The translations under genes and the position numbers were made by a program. DNA of 64,000 bases, from NCBI GenBank assembly GCA_944393245.1, contig CALXZM010000004.1, positions 383 through 64,382 of the forward strand, read 5' to 3'. The stretch comes from an uncultured Alphaproteobacteria bacterium. GTDB lineage: Bacteria; Pseudomonadota; Alphaproteobacteria; Rs-D84. The notes under the pieces were generated by a model, which ran no database searches, was not told the origin of the DNA, and was given only the letters and a program-made list of their open reading frames with translations. This document shows positions 46,851-56,476 of this stretch, piece after piece (position 1 is the first letter of the stretch; each line of letters begins with the position of its first letter).

Positions 46851-47333
46851 TTATATCAAAAATGCCATTGTAATTAAAGACAAAATTCCACCAATGATAA
46901 AAAATGGCGCAAAAGGAATGTATTTTTGTTTCTGGCGCATGCCCCAAATTATTCCCGATATACATGCGATAACCAACGCCATGGCCAATCCTGTGGCACC
47001 CAACCATACGCCGCCCGTTGCAATTAATTTTATGTCGCCCATGCCAATTGGAATGTCTGGTTTTTTGTGTCGGGTCCCGATTTTTTCAAAAATGAAACCG
47101 ATTAATGTGGCCAATATATATCCAGATGTTGCCGCGATAACCGATTGACCAATTGTGACCGGCCACGGAAAAAATGTCGCCATTATCAGCCCGATTAACA
47201 ACAAGGGAAACAGGTATACATCTGGAATTATGCGGCGACGCCAATCGGCGACCGATATTTTCCATGCGCACCATGCCGCAATGGCCAATAAAATGCAGAA
47301 AAAAATGTTGTATATGTCAATCGCAATATTCAT
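46851..47333 (-). CDS. A24-family prepilin-type aspartic peptidase (TadV/CpaA-like, short form)
   Basis: Catalytic Asp motifs ADWRRRIIPD and IGMGDIKLIATGGVWLG; about 5 TM helices; 160 aa. Confidence 0.7.
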   Translation of the reverse strand: MNIAIDIYNIFFCILLAIAAWCAWKISVADWRRRIIPDVYLFPLLLIGLIMATFFPWPVTIGQSVIAATSGYILATLIGFIFEKIGTRHKKPDIPIGMGDIKLIATGGVWLGATGLAMALVIACISGIIWGMRQKQKYIPFAPFFIIGGILSLITMAFLI

Positions 47334-47404
47334 AATTCCCCCTTGCCTTTCGATTCGAAAATATGTTACAATTATGACGTTATATATAACAAGGATTTTT
47401 TAAT

Positions 47405-47959
47405 ATGAGTAAAGGTTGGGATAGCGCAACGCTGAAAAAGTTAAAAGCCCTGACTGGCAAGGGACTGTCCACGGCTGAAATCGGAAAACGTTTGGGGATG
47501 AGCAAAAACGCAGTCGTCGGAAAACTAAACCGTTTGGGTTGGAATTCCAAGGCCGGCGGTGTTGCCGGTGCTGATAAAGCCAAAAAGGCGGATGTTAAAA
47601 AGACAGCGACGAAAAACACGACTAAAAAAACCGTCGCGCCAAAGGCTGGGGCTAAAAAAACGTCTGGGCGTGCGGATTCTGTTAAAAAAACGGTTGTGGC
47701 CAAGGTTGCAAAAACCACGGACAAGGCCAGTTCACCAAAAAAATCACTGACCAAAAATTTGGCAATGCATCAGCGTATAATTCAGCATTCGTTGGAAATG
47801 GCAAATTTAAAACCTAATCAGTGTCGTTGGCCAATTGGGGATCCGGATTCTGAAAATTTTCATTTCTGTGGTGCCCAGGTGTTTGTTGGCAAACCGTATT
47901 GTTATGAACATTGCAAGCAGGCGTATCAGTTTACACCGCCAAAAAAGAAACAGGCTTGA
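47405..47959 (+). CDS. gcrA: Cell-cycle transcriptional regulator GcrA
   Basis: N-terminal WDSATLKKLKALTGKGLSTAEIGKRLGMSKNAVVGKLNRLGW. C-terminal QCRWPIGDPDSENFHFCGAQVFVGKPYCYEHC is the GcrA signature. Confidence 0.8.
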   Translation: MSKGWDSATLKKLKALTGKGLSTAEIGKRLGMSKNAVVGKLNRLGWNSKAGGVAGADKAKKADVKKTATKNTTKKTVAPKAGAKKTSGRADSVKKTVVAKVAKTTDKASSPKKSLTKNLAMHQRIIQHSLEMANLKPNQCRWPIGDPDSENFHFCGAQVFVGKPYCYEHCKQAYQFTPPKKKQA

Positions 47960-48004
47960 AAAAAATATATACCGGGGCGCAAATAAAAAAAGCGGAGAGG
48001 GAAA

Positions 48005-50545
48005 ATGGATAAATCGGTTTTAACATTCAGGGAATATAATATAGCAGGCAATGTATTGCGTGCTTATTATGATGCCGATGATAAATTGGTTTTTGTCCTG
48101 GACAGTACGTTGGACGACAGAAAACCGAATGCGCTGTTGGTAATAAATCCGGTTGGTGACAGAAAGTGGGATGATATTTTGGCCAATGATTATGGGGTTG
48201 ATTTAGAAACTGTTCGGCCGAAAAAAAATAACAAATATCAAAAACTGGATATAGAATATGCCGGGTTGGCGGAATATGATAATTTAATTAATGCGTATGA
48301 AACCGGTGGTGATTTGGCGGCTGCATTGGCTGAATTGGCCGGTTTCCGCGAAGAATCTGTACGCCGTGCCGCAACTGAACGTTTGGCGGTGGCAAATGAT
48401 AATGCTGAAAAAGCGCGCGAAACAATTATCAAAACACGCGAATCTATTTCTGAATTACAAACCAAGTTGCGCCAATTACGGGCAAAACTGGCCCAGCAAA
48501 AAAAGCAGGTCGGGCGCGAACCAACAAAAAAATCTGCGTCCAAGATTTTGCGCACTGATGCACAGGTTGATGCCACAAATGAAAAATTGCGTCGCGCAAA
48601 AAAACGTTTGAATAATGCACAGCGTCGTTTGATTGCTGCGGACCAGGATGCTGAAATCGCACGTGGAATTTTGGAACGAAAAAATACTGTGGCGGATGTG
48701 GAAATGAAACACGGTGTTGCGCGGCCACGTCCAAGTGCGGTGGAACCGATTGTTACAACCACTTATAATGTATCTTATGATGATGTGACAGATAATGACA
48801 ATGGTGATGATGATAATGGGCGTGATGATGAATTTCCTGATTCTGGAATTCATTTTTCCACACAAATAGATATGTCACCCAATAATAATATTGTGGCCGC
48901 AGCAGACGCCAACGACGATAACAATGTTGCACGCATGCCGGACACAGAATTTGACAGTGACGATAATTTGGCAGATGTACAAACACAAATCGCAGATGAA
49001 CCAAAGGCGGAAACAATGGCTGATGAACCAGTGAAAAACGAAGAAGAAGTAAAACCGTTGTTTGACAATGATCCAGAAATATTGGACGAAGAAATCGCGT
49101 TTAAGCCCATTAATTTTGGGGTTTCCAGTCCTGTGCCGGATCAGACAGCAGAATCACAACCCAGTGCAGATGTTTATGAAACGGTTGTTGATGAAAAACC
49201 ATTGGCATTTACGCCACCGGTTGATGATGATAAAATCGTTCGGGATTCACCAATAAATGTCAGACCCGTAACGGATGAATTTGGGGAAAATACGGGCAAT
49301 ACAAATTCAGGGCCGGTGTTGGACACTATCAAATCGGTTGAAATGCCCGTGGATAATAATGATTCAAATGTACAATTGGATTCTGAATTAATGTCTGGTG
49401 TTGCGCCGATTCGGCCAGACGTGGAATCTGAACCTGTGCCGGTGCGGCCGGAACCTGTGGCACGGCCAATGGTAAATGAAAACAATATGGGAACGCCTGC
49501 CCCGGCCCCGGTTGCGCCAGATGTGAATGCGGGTGCGCGTCCTGTGCCACCGGCTGCAACGTTGTCAAATGCGGCCGCTGTTGCGCGCCCAATGTCGCCG
49601 ATTACTGGAAATGCGGCACCGACAAATCCGGCACCGCGCAAACCCACGTGGATATACTATGTTATGCTGATTTTATTAATCGGTTTATCAATATTTACGT
49701 TGTGGCTGTATCAGAAAAATACAAATCAGAATGTGCCTGATTTGACGGCAACGGTACCAACTGTACAGGAATCAGAACAAACGTCGCCAGATGTGGATTC
49801 TGATATAGACAGTCCATTTATCGCAGAAATGGATACAAGCGTATCTGATGAAAAAACGCAGATAACGGTTGATGCGCCTGTTGCAGAACCGGTGGAACCA
49901 GTTACGGTTACAGAACCGGTTGTTGAACCAGAACCAGTGCCAGAACCAGAACCTGTTGAAACCGTGTCTGAACCAGTGGTGACGGAACCAGAACCAGTGG
50001 CGGATATAGAAATCACATCAATTGATATGGCACCGACTGAACCGGTTGCTGAACCGGAACCTGTCATAGAAACAGAAGAAGAAATATTGGCCAGCAAGCC
50101 CGCGTATAATGTTTCACAAAACGAAAATATGTTTGTTGCCAGTCCTGAATATGATACTGAAACACTGCGGCAAAACGCCATGCAGGCCGTTGATACGGTT
50201 GGGCCGTCTGTTGTAACATCCAATGATGTTGCAAATGCAAATGTTAATGTGCCAACAACGCCATCAACAAATGTAACGTCTGGGGTGTCAATGAATGCAG
50301 CCCCAGTCGTACTGCAAAATCAGCAGGCGCCAGTGGCCACGTCAAATACAGTCGAAGAATATGTGCCCCAGGCCGTAACGTCGGTTGTATGGGAAGATAC
50401 CGTTCAGAATTTGCCAACGTGTCCAGATGGAACCGCGCCTGATGTTAATGGGTGTTGTGCTGGTGAAGTTTATACCGATATGGGGGAAATGGGATTTAAT
50501 TGTTGTCCAGAGACCGGTGGTGATTGTTTCCCGCCGTTGTTATAA
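48005..50545 (+). CDS. Large acidic single-TM protein with Glu/Pro/Val-rich repeats and a Cys-rich C-terminus (hypothetical)
   Basis: 846 aa. N-terminal coiled coil (ETIIKTRESISELQTKLRQLRAKLAQQKKQ), TM at WIYYVMLILLIGLSIFTLWLY, EPVEPVTVTEPVVEPEPVPEPEPVETV repeats, C-terminal CPDGTAPDVNGCCAGEVYTDMGEMGFNCCPETGGDC. Confidence 0.5.
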   Translation: MDKSVLTFREYNIAGNVLRAYYDADDKLVFVLDSTLDDRKPNALLVINPVGDRKWDDILANDYGVDLETVRPKKNNKYQKLDIEYAGLAEYDNLINAYETGGDLAAALAELAGFREESVRRAATERLAVANDNAEKARETIIKTRESISELQTKLRQLRAKLAQQKKQVGREPTKKSASKILRTDAQVDATNEKLRRAKKRLNNAQRRLIAADQDAEIARGILERKNTVADVEMKHGVARPRPSAVEPIVTTTYNVSYDDVTDNDNGDDDNGRDDEFPDSGIHFSTQIDMSPNNNIVAAADANDDNNVARMPDTEFDSDDNLADVQTQIADEPKAETMADEPVKNEEEVKPLFDNDPEILDEEIAFKPINFGVSSPVPDQTAESQPSADVYETVVDEKPLAFTPPVDDDKIVRDSPINVRPVTDEFGENTGNTNSGPVLDTIKSVEMPVDNNDSNVQLDSELMSGVAPIRPDVESEPVPVRPEPVARPMVNENNMGTPAPAPVAPDVNAGARPVPPAATLSNAAAVARPMSPITGNAAPTNPAPRKPTWIYYVMLILLIGLSIFTLWLYQKNTNQNVPDLTATVPTVQESEQTSPDVDSDIDSPFIAEMDTSVSDEKTQITVDAPVAEPVEPVTVTEPVVEPEPVPEPEPVETVSEPVVTEPEPVADIEITSIDMAPTEPVAEPEPVIETEEEILASKPAYNVSQNENMFVASPEYDTETLRQNAMQAVDTVGPSVVTSNDVANANVNVPTTPSTNVTSGVSMNAAPVVLQNQQAPVATSNTVEEYVPQAVTSVVWEDTVQNLPTCPDGTAPDVNGCCAGEVYTDMGEMGFNCCPETGGDCFPPLL

Positions 50546-50585
50546 ATAAAAACCCGCCAAATGGCGGGTTTTTATTTCGTAACGT

Positions 50586-50963
50586 TTATATTTTTTCAAT
50601 TATTACGACTGCGGCGGAATAACTGTCCTGGTCAGTTATTGATAAATGAACGGCAGCGTTGCCGTCGGTTAATTCCTTTAACCTGGCGCGTGCCCCGCCC
50701 GCCAATAATAATTCCGGACGTCCGGCATCATCATGGGTAATGGAAACATCAGAAAATCCAATTTCATCGCCAAATCCCGTCCCCAACGCTTTCAGGCATG
50801 CTTCACGCGCCGCCCAAAAGTTAGCCAGGTGTTTTTCAGCGTTTGCGTTATCGGTGTCTGCGTATTCCAATTCTTTCTTTGTAAATATGCGTTGTTTTTT
50901 GAATGCGGACCAATCTAAAAATCTGTCGCATTCAACCAAATCAATTCCAATACCTACTATCAC
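50586..50963 (-). CDS. acpS: Holo-[acyl-carrier-protein] synthase
   Basis: MIVGIGIDLVECDRF...FAAREACLKALGTG. Confidence 0.85.
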   Translation of the reverse strand: MIVGIGIDLVECDRFLDWSAFKKQRIFTKKELEYADTDNANAEKHLANFWAAREACLKALGTGFGDEIGFSDVSITHDDAGRPELLLAGGARARLKELTDGNAAVHLSITDQDSYSAAVVIIEKI

Positions 50964-51085
50964 GAATGACTCCCTGGTTAATGTTTATTGATATGCGTGA
51001 ATACTAGTAACATTTTTCCGATTCGTGCAAGTATAAAATATATTCTTGCTTTTGCATGAATAGAATTGTATAAATATGCGTACGT

Positions 51086-51162
51086 CGGGGCGTAGCTCAG
51101 CCTGGTAGAGTACTTGCATGGGGTGCAAGGGGTCGCAGGTTCGATTCCTGTCGCCCCGACCA
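51086..51162 (+). tRNA. tRNA-Pro (anticodon GGG)
   Basis: Acceptor cggggcg/cgccccg, anticodon loop atGGGgt, T-arm caggttcgattcctg, encoded CCA. Confidence 0.85.
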
Positions 51163-51582
51163 TAAATAAAAAAGAAACCGCCATCGTGCGGTTTGTTTTT
51201 TATTTACAGTGGGCATAACAGAAGCGACCTTGCATACGCAGTATGCCCAGGTTCGACAACGAGTAGATTTGACCAAGCGATGTATTTTCATCGCGCAGTC
51301 AAATCGTTACGAATGCCCCACAGCCGCAACGATAGTCTAAATCGTTGCGCGCGAGGGATTCCTGTCGCCCCGACCATAAACAAACAGAAAACCGCAGTCG
51401 CGGTTTTTATTTTTGTTTACAGTGGGCATAACGGAAATTGGCCCTGCATTACTGAAAATAATGCAGTGGTTCGACAATGAGTAGATTTGACAAGAGTAAC
51501 GCAGTCAAATCGTTACGAATGCCCCACAGCCGCAACGATAGTCTAAATCGTTGCGCGCGAGGGATTCCTGACGCCCCGACCA
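51163..51582 (+). repeat. Two tandem diverged repeat units of about 210 bp (51163-51376 and 51377-51582). Each starts with a terminator hairpin and ends with the last ~20 nt of tRNA-Pro(GGG) (gattcctgtcgccccgacca).
   Basis: Shared blocks: tttacagtgggcataac, ggttcgacaaYgagtagatttgac, and a near-identical 3' stretch of about 80 nt containing the perfect hairpin cgcaacgatagtctaaatcgttgcg. The middle section has diverged. Confidence 0.8.
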
Positions 51583-51595
51583 TAAATAAAAATGC

Positions 51596-51763
51596 TTACA
51601 ATTGACTGGTTTGAATTATACTGTCGTTTACAATTTTGTCTGTATTTTGATTTTGCTGTTTTTGGTTGATAAGTATCCAGGCTATAATCCAAATACATAA
51701 AATTAAAACCAGTGCCATTAATATATAACGCGAAATTTTAAAAGAATTTGTTTGTAACGCCAT
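51596..51763 (-). CDS. Unannotated 55-aa single-TM small protein
   Basis: MALQTNSFKISRYILMALVLILCIWIIAWILINQKQQNQNTDKIVNDSIIQTSQL. GGGGGA Shine-Dalgarno lies 6 nt before the ATG. It is absent from the ORF track because it is under 60 aa. Confidence 0.3.
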   Translation of the reverse strand: MALQTNSFKISRYILMALVLILCIWIIAWILINQKQQNQNTDKIVNDSIIQTSQL

Positions 51764-51902
51764 TTGTTATCCCCCTGAATATCACAATCATTGTACCATG
51801 TGGTTAACCGATAAAATAATTGTATTTATTCCTGGGAAATATTTGATTTTTTATGATTTACATTTTAAAATAGTTGCTGTTATATTCAAAGGGGGCTGAC
51901 GT

Positions 51903-52787
51903 ATGTTTGTAACAGAAAAGCTGAAAACATTTTCTTGGGTAAACGTCGGAAATCCTGATCATGATGATTTTGAACGTCTGCAACGTGAATATGAAATAGA
52001 TGAAGATACCATCTGTGATATTTTAGACCCAGATGAACAGCCCAGGTTTGAAGTAGAAGATGATTACAAGGTTATAATTGTTCGATTCCCAATTATTAAT
52101 CGTGAAACTGATACATTGTGGCATACTGAACCGTTGTCTATTATTTATTCCACTAATCGTGTTATAACTGTATGCCGGAAACGTTGCGATTTATTGGACA
52201 GAATAAAAAAAGATGAAAAAACATCGCGTGAAGAATTTGTGTTAAATATAATTTACTATATTGCTGAATCTTACTTGCGTTTTCTGAAAGAATTAAACAA
52301 GCGTGTTTTGGCGTCTAAAAAAGTGTTACAGGAACGTGTCCGCAAAAACGAATTGATGGCTTTGTTAGGGGTTGAAAACAGTTATACATTGTATATGGCT
52401 GGATTAAAGGGAAATGTGGCCGTGCTGGATAAATTGGAAAAGGTGCGCGGTTTTGTGAAAACAGATGACGCCAAAGATTTGGTCGAAGACACGCGTATCG
52501 AATTGTCCCAGGCAATAGAGGTCGTTACGTCATACAGTAAAATGTTAAAGTCAATCAAGGAAACTTTTGAAAGTGTGATTAATATGGATTCCAATATGTA
52601 TATTAATCGATTGACGATGTGGAACATTATTTTGGTTGTGCCAACGGTTATTGTTGGATATTACGGTATGAATATGAAATTGCCATTTGCGGATAATGAA
52701 CAAACGGCCACGGCGATATTTGTTTTAATAATGGTGTTACTGATAGGTTTCGCAATGTTTAGTATAATCAGGCGACGTGTAATATAA
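51903..52787 (+). CDS. corA: CorA-family magnesium/cobalt transporter
   Basis: C-terminal TM1 with YGMNM (GMN motif) followed by a second TM; cytoplasmic N-domain. Confidence 0.8.
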   Translation: MFVTEKLKTFSWVNVGNPDHDDFERLQREYEIDEDTICDILDPDEQPRFEVEDDYKVIIVRFPIINRETDTLWHTEPLSIIYSTNRVITVCRKRCDLLDRIKKDEKTSREEFVLNIIYYIAESYLRFLKELNKRVLASKKVLQERVRKNELMALLGVENSYTLYMAGLKGNVAVLDKLEKVRGFVKTDDAKDLVEDTRIELSQAIEVVTSYSKMLKSIKETFESVINMDSNMYINRLTMWNIILVVPTVIVGYYGMNMKLPFADNEQTATAIFVLIMVLLIGFAMFSIIRRRVI

Positions 52788-52809
52788 ATTAAACCGCGCA
52801 ACGCGCGGT

Positions 52810-53364
52810 TTAATTTTGTAATGCATCCAATATGTTTTTGAAATTTTCATCAATTGGGCCGGTTACATCCACATCAGAAAAACGCACGTTTGGTACAGTG
52901 CGCAGCCAATTAATTGCCGGCATGGTTGTATTCCAAAAAATATTTAACCGGTTACGTATTGCCGCGTTATCTGCGTCGTCTGTACGGCCACCGCCATCGC
53001 GAATTCGTTTTTGGATTCGCTGAATCATTATTGATTCAGGTACATCCAGATATAATATGTGTATATTGAATTTCTGTGCGTAATTATCGACCAACCATTT
53101 GGCCTGGTCCAATGTACGCGGAAAACCATCCAACAGCATATCGCGGTTAATATCGATATTTTCAGAAATTAATTTAGCCAGCATATCAAATGGTAACAGT
53201 TCGCCACGCGCCATTATATTGGCGATGTCCTGATTTGTTGCGGATGCATAACGCAACATTTTTCCCGTTTCGATATATTTAAAATCGTGGCGTTCACATA
53301 ACATACGGGCAAATGTACCCTTACCCACGCCCTGGCCACCCATAAGAACAATCATTTGTTTCAT
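52810..53364 (-). CDS. adk: Adenylate kinase (short type)
   Basis: GGQGVGKGTFARML (P-loop), KYIETGKMLR, LLDGFPRTLDQA, RTDD..AAIRNRL. Confidence 0.75.
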   Translation of the reverse strand: MKQMIVLMGGQGVGKGTFARMLCERHDFKYIETGKMLRYASATNQDIANIMARGELLPFDMLAKLISENIDINRDMLLDGFPRTLDQAKWLVDNYAQKFNIHILYLDVPESIMIQRIQKRIRDGGGRTDDADNAAIRNRLNIFWNTTMPAINWLRTVPNVRFSDVDVTGPIDENFKNILDALQN

Positions 53365-53438
53365 ATGTCAGATTTTATCATAAAAAACAAAACCCGGCAA
53401 GTGCCGGATTTTGTTTATCAAGACAAAATATATTTGTC

Positions 53439-55157
53439 TTATTTTTTGCTGTTTTCAATTGCAGCACCCAGAATATCGCCCAAAACAGAACCACTGTCGG
53501 CCTGGTTGGCGTATTCTTTGACCGCCTGCTTTTCCAATGTTACCTGCAATGCGCGGATAGACAGTTTAACAACGTTGTTATCAACGGAAACAACAGATGC
53601 CTCTACTGTGTCACCGACCTTGAATTTGCTGGTATCTTGTTCAGCTTTTTCGCGTGACAAATCTGTACGGCGGATTACACCACGGATGTCGTTTGGCAAT
53701 GCCAAAATCAATTCATCTGGGGTGATTTCAGATACCGTACCAGAAACAACTGCGCCTTTCTTTAATGCGGCTGCGTTGTTGTCTGCGCCTTCGGTCAATT
53801 GTTTGATGCCCAATGTAATACGTTCTTTGTCCGGATTGATGTCCAAAATTTTTGCTGTAACTTCCTGGCCGCGAACGAACTTTTTCAGTTCTTCTTCGTC
53901 CAGTTTGTTCCATGACAAGTCAGAAATGTGCACCATTCCGTCCAATTCCGGCGTTAACGCAATGAACAAACCGAATTCAGTTGTGTTCTTTATCGGGCCT
54001 GTTACGACGTCGCCAACATTGTGGGTTTCTGCAAATTGTTTCCATGGGTTTGGTTGCAATTGCTTGTATCCCAATGATATACGGCGTTTTTCTTGGTCTA
54101 TGCCCAAAACGACAACGTTTACATCCTGGCCAACCTGTAAAACTTTTGATGGGTGGATGTTTTTGTTTGTCCATGATAATTCAGACATGTGGACCAGGCC
54201 TTCGATATTATTGCCCAAATCGATAAATGCGCCATAGTCCGTCAAAGAAGATACTTTGCCGGAAACCGTGTCACCAACATTGAATGCGCGTGATGCGTTT
54301 TCCCATGGATCTTCTTCTAACTGTTTGGCACCCAGTGAAATACGATGTGATTCTGGGTCGAATTGGATAACTTTGACCTTGATTTTTTGGCCAACGTGGA
54401 CCAATTCGCGTGGATGGTTGACACGTTTCCATGACAAATCTGTCACGTGTAACAAACCATCAATTCCGCCCAGGTCAACAAACACACCGTAATCGGTGAT
54501 GTTTTTAACCGTGCCTTCGATAACTGCGCCCAAAGAAATGTTTTTCATTGCTTCTTTTTGGGCGGCGGCAATGGTGTCAGCCTGAATCGCGCGACGTGAA
54601 ACAATTGCGTTTGTGCGCAATGCGTCCATTTTTAATACGCGGAATTTATCTTTCAGACCAATTAATGATTTTGGATCACGAACTGGTTTGTGGTCAACCT
54701 GGGACGATGGCATAAATGCAAATACGCCATTGATGTCAACAGTGTAACCGCCACGGACAACGTCGATAATTGTACCATCTGGGTCGATACCTTCGGCAAC
54801 AGTCTTTTCCAATTCTTTCCATGCTTTTTCAGCACGAGCCTTGGTATAAGACAGAACAGCTGTACCTTCGCGGGATTCATAACGTTCTACAAAAACGTCA
54901 ATAATATCACCAACGGACGGAACAGATGCGCCGAATTCTTTTAACGGGATGCGCCCTTCGGATTTCAGGCCAACGTCAACAATCACGAAATCGCCGCGAA
55001 TATCTTTGACGGTGCCCTTGGTTGCGTAACCCTGCAAAGTTTCCTGGGTTCCATAGTCCTGGTTGAACATTTGGACGAAATCTTCGCCGGATAACGGATT
55101 ATATAAATCTTTGGATAAATCTTTCATGAAAAATTCATACAAAGTTGGCCATCGCAA
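53439..55157 (-). CDS. rpsA: 30S ribosomal protein S1
   Basis: Six S1 domains. VKNITDYGVFVDLGGIDGLLHVTDLSWKRVNHP and VSSLTDYGAFIDLGNNIEGLVHMSELSW are near-identical to E. coli S1. Confidence 0.9.
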   Translation of the reverse strand: MRWPTLYEFFMKDLSKDLYNPLSGEDFVQMFNQDYGTQETLQGYATKGTVKDIRGDFVIVDVGLKSEGRIPLKEFGASVPSVGDIIDVFVERYESREGTAVLSYTKARAEKAWKELEKTVAEGIDPDGTIIDVVRGGYTVDINGVFAFMPSSQVDHKPVRDPKSLIGLKDKFRVLKMDALRTNAIVSRRAIQADTIAAAQKEAMKNISLGAVIEGTVKNITDYGVFVDLGGIDGLLHVTDLSWKRVNHPRELVHVGQKIKVKVIQFDPESHRISLGAKQLEEDPWENASRAFNVGDTVSGKVSSLTDYGAFIDLGNNIEGLVHMSELSWTNKNIHPSKVLQVGQDVNVVVLGIDQEKRRISLGYKQLQPNPWKQFAETHNVGDVVTGPIKNTTEFGLFIALTPELDGMVHISDLSWNKLDEEELKKFVRGQEVTAKILDINPDKERITLGIKQLTEGADNNAAALKKGAVVSGTVSEITPDELILALPNDIRGVIRRTDLSREKAEQDTSKFKVGDTVEASVVSVDNNVVKLSIRALQVTLEKQAVKEYANQADSGSVLGDILGAAIENSKK

Positions 55158-55310
55158 AGCACTAAAATTTTTATGCTGTATAGTGCGAGGACTTGTGGGG
55201 TTAATCGGATTGATAATGCGCCCACCCGCAAAATCAGCACAATTATAAGTGATTTGTTTTGAAAAAGCAAGTAATTATAAATAAAAACAGGTGTCAAATG
55301 ACACCCGATT

Positions 55311-55766
55311 TTATTTGGCAATTATTCGCGCGCGTTCACCATAATCGGCGTCCAGGACATATACCGATTGACCGACCGAGAATTTTACATCATCGCCCTG
55401 GGTCAGTGTGATTGTTTTGCCTGAATCCAGTTTTACAATGTATTCTAGGCCAGCCTGGCGGGACAGGCCCTCTTGTGCTTTGCCACCCAGATATCCCCCC
55501 AATACTGCGCCACCAACCGCACCAATTGTTTGGGTCAGTGCGCTGTCGCCGATTTGGCCGCCAGCAACCCCGCCAATAATTCCGCCGGCCAATTGACCAA
55601 CATCGCCGTTTTCGGTTGCGATTGTAACTGGGCGCGCACTGATAATGACGCCTTCGGATACAGTGTTCACATTACCCGCCCCAGATGTTTCATATCTGTC
55701 CAAATCCAGATTTGCACCGCACGCGGTCAGTGCCATAATCATAAATAATGCGAAAAATTTTTTCAT
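55311..55766 (-). CDS. Glycine-zipper outer-membrane lipoprotein (SlyB / 17-kDa surface-antigen family)
   Basis: Lipobox LTAC; GQLAGGIIGGVAGGQIGDSALTQTIGAVGGAVLGGYLGG glycine zipper. Confidence 0.6.
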   Translation of the reverse strand: MKKFFALFMIMALTACGANLDLDRYETSGAGNVNTVSEGVIISARPVTIATENGDVGQLAGGIIGGVAGGQIGDSALTQTIGAVGGAVLGGYLGGKAQEGLSRQAGLEYIVKLDSGKTITLTQGDDVKFSVGQSVYVLDADYGERARIIAK

Positions 55767-55873
55767 AATATTTACCCTGCTTTATTGTCAATCAATAATA
55801 CCATCGGTTTATTTATTTTGCAACAGGTGTCGTTTTTGTTCAAATAAAAAAACGCCCAGGGGGGGCGCTTTTT

Positions 55874-56398
55874 TTATTTTGTTTTTGCCTGCATCGTTGA
55901 TGCGACCATTGCGTCAAACTGACTTTTGGTTATTTTGTACAGCGCATTTATCGGTGTGCCAGACGCGGACGAATTATGATATACCTGTAAAACTTCTGAT
56001 GAGCCCAGACGCTTTGTGTCGCGAATGTTGCCACGGTCGTCAATAATGCCGTTTAATTTGTCTGTTTGAAACGACCAGGACAAATCCATAACTAATCCAG
56101 GATTTATGCTTTGTGGAATCAGTGGGCTTGTTTCCGGGTCATATGGCAGATTGTATTTTTTGTGTATGCTTATGTAACCAGGTAATTTTCTGAACAGGCG
56201 ACCGGTACGCGGGTCATATTCATAGTATTGTCCAGATAAAATATAGTCCTGGGCGGCCAGTGATGTGCGTAAAATCATATCTGCATTTGCGGCAAAAAAT
56301 TGTGGGTTCAGCCGTTCCAACATCAGCATACGCAATGCATAAATAGGTACAAGTTTTGTTTCCATAATCAAAACTCCTTGGATAAAACTCAAACGCAT
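55874..56398 (-). CDS. Hypothetical protein
   Basis: 174-aa ORF. Probable start METKLVPIY. No family recognised. Confidence 0.4.
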   Translation of the reverse strand: MRLSFIQGVLIMETKLVPIYALRMLMLERLNPQFFAANADMILRTSLAAQDYILSGQYYEYDPRTGRLFRKLPGYISIHKKYNLPYDPETSPLIPQSINPGLVMDLSWSFQTDKLNGIIDDRGNIRDTKRLGSSEVLQVYHNSSASGTPINALYKITKSQFDAMVASTMQAKTK

Positions 56399-56476
56399 AA
56401 TTTATAGCACTGTTATTAAATATGTCAATATATTTTGAAAATAAAAATGGCCCTGAACATTCGGGGCCATTGCGGT

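Noticed and set aside
51097-51480. ORFs (64 and 95 aa) overlapping tRNA-Pro(GGG) and its repeat array
   Set aside because: They overlap a tRNA gene and tandem repeats and have no RBS. Spurious.
53356-54237. 293-aa plus-strand ORF
   Set aside because: It is antisense to rpsA, which is unambiguous.
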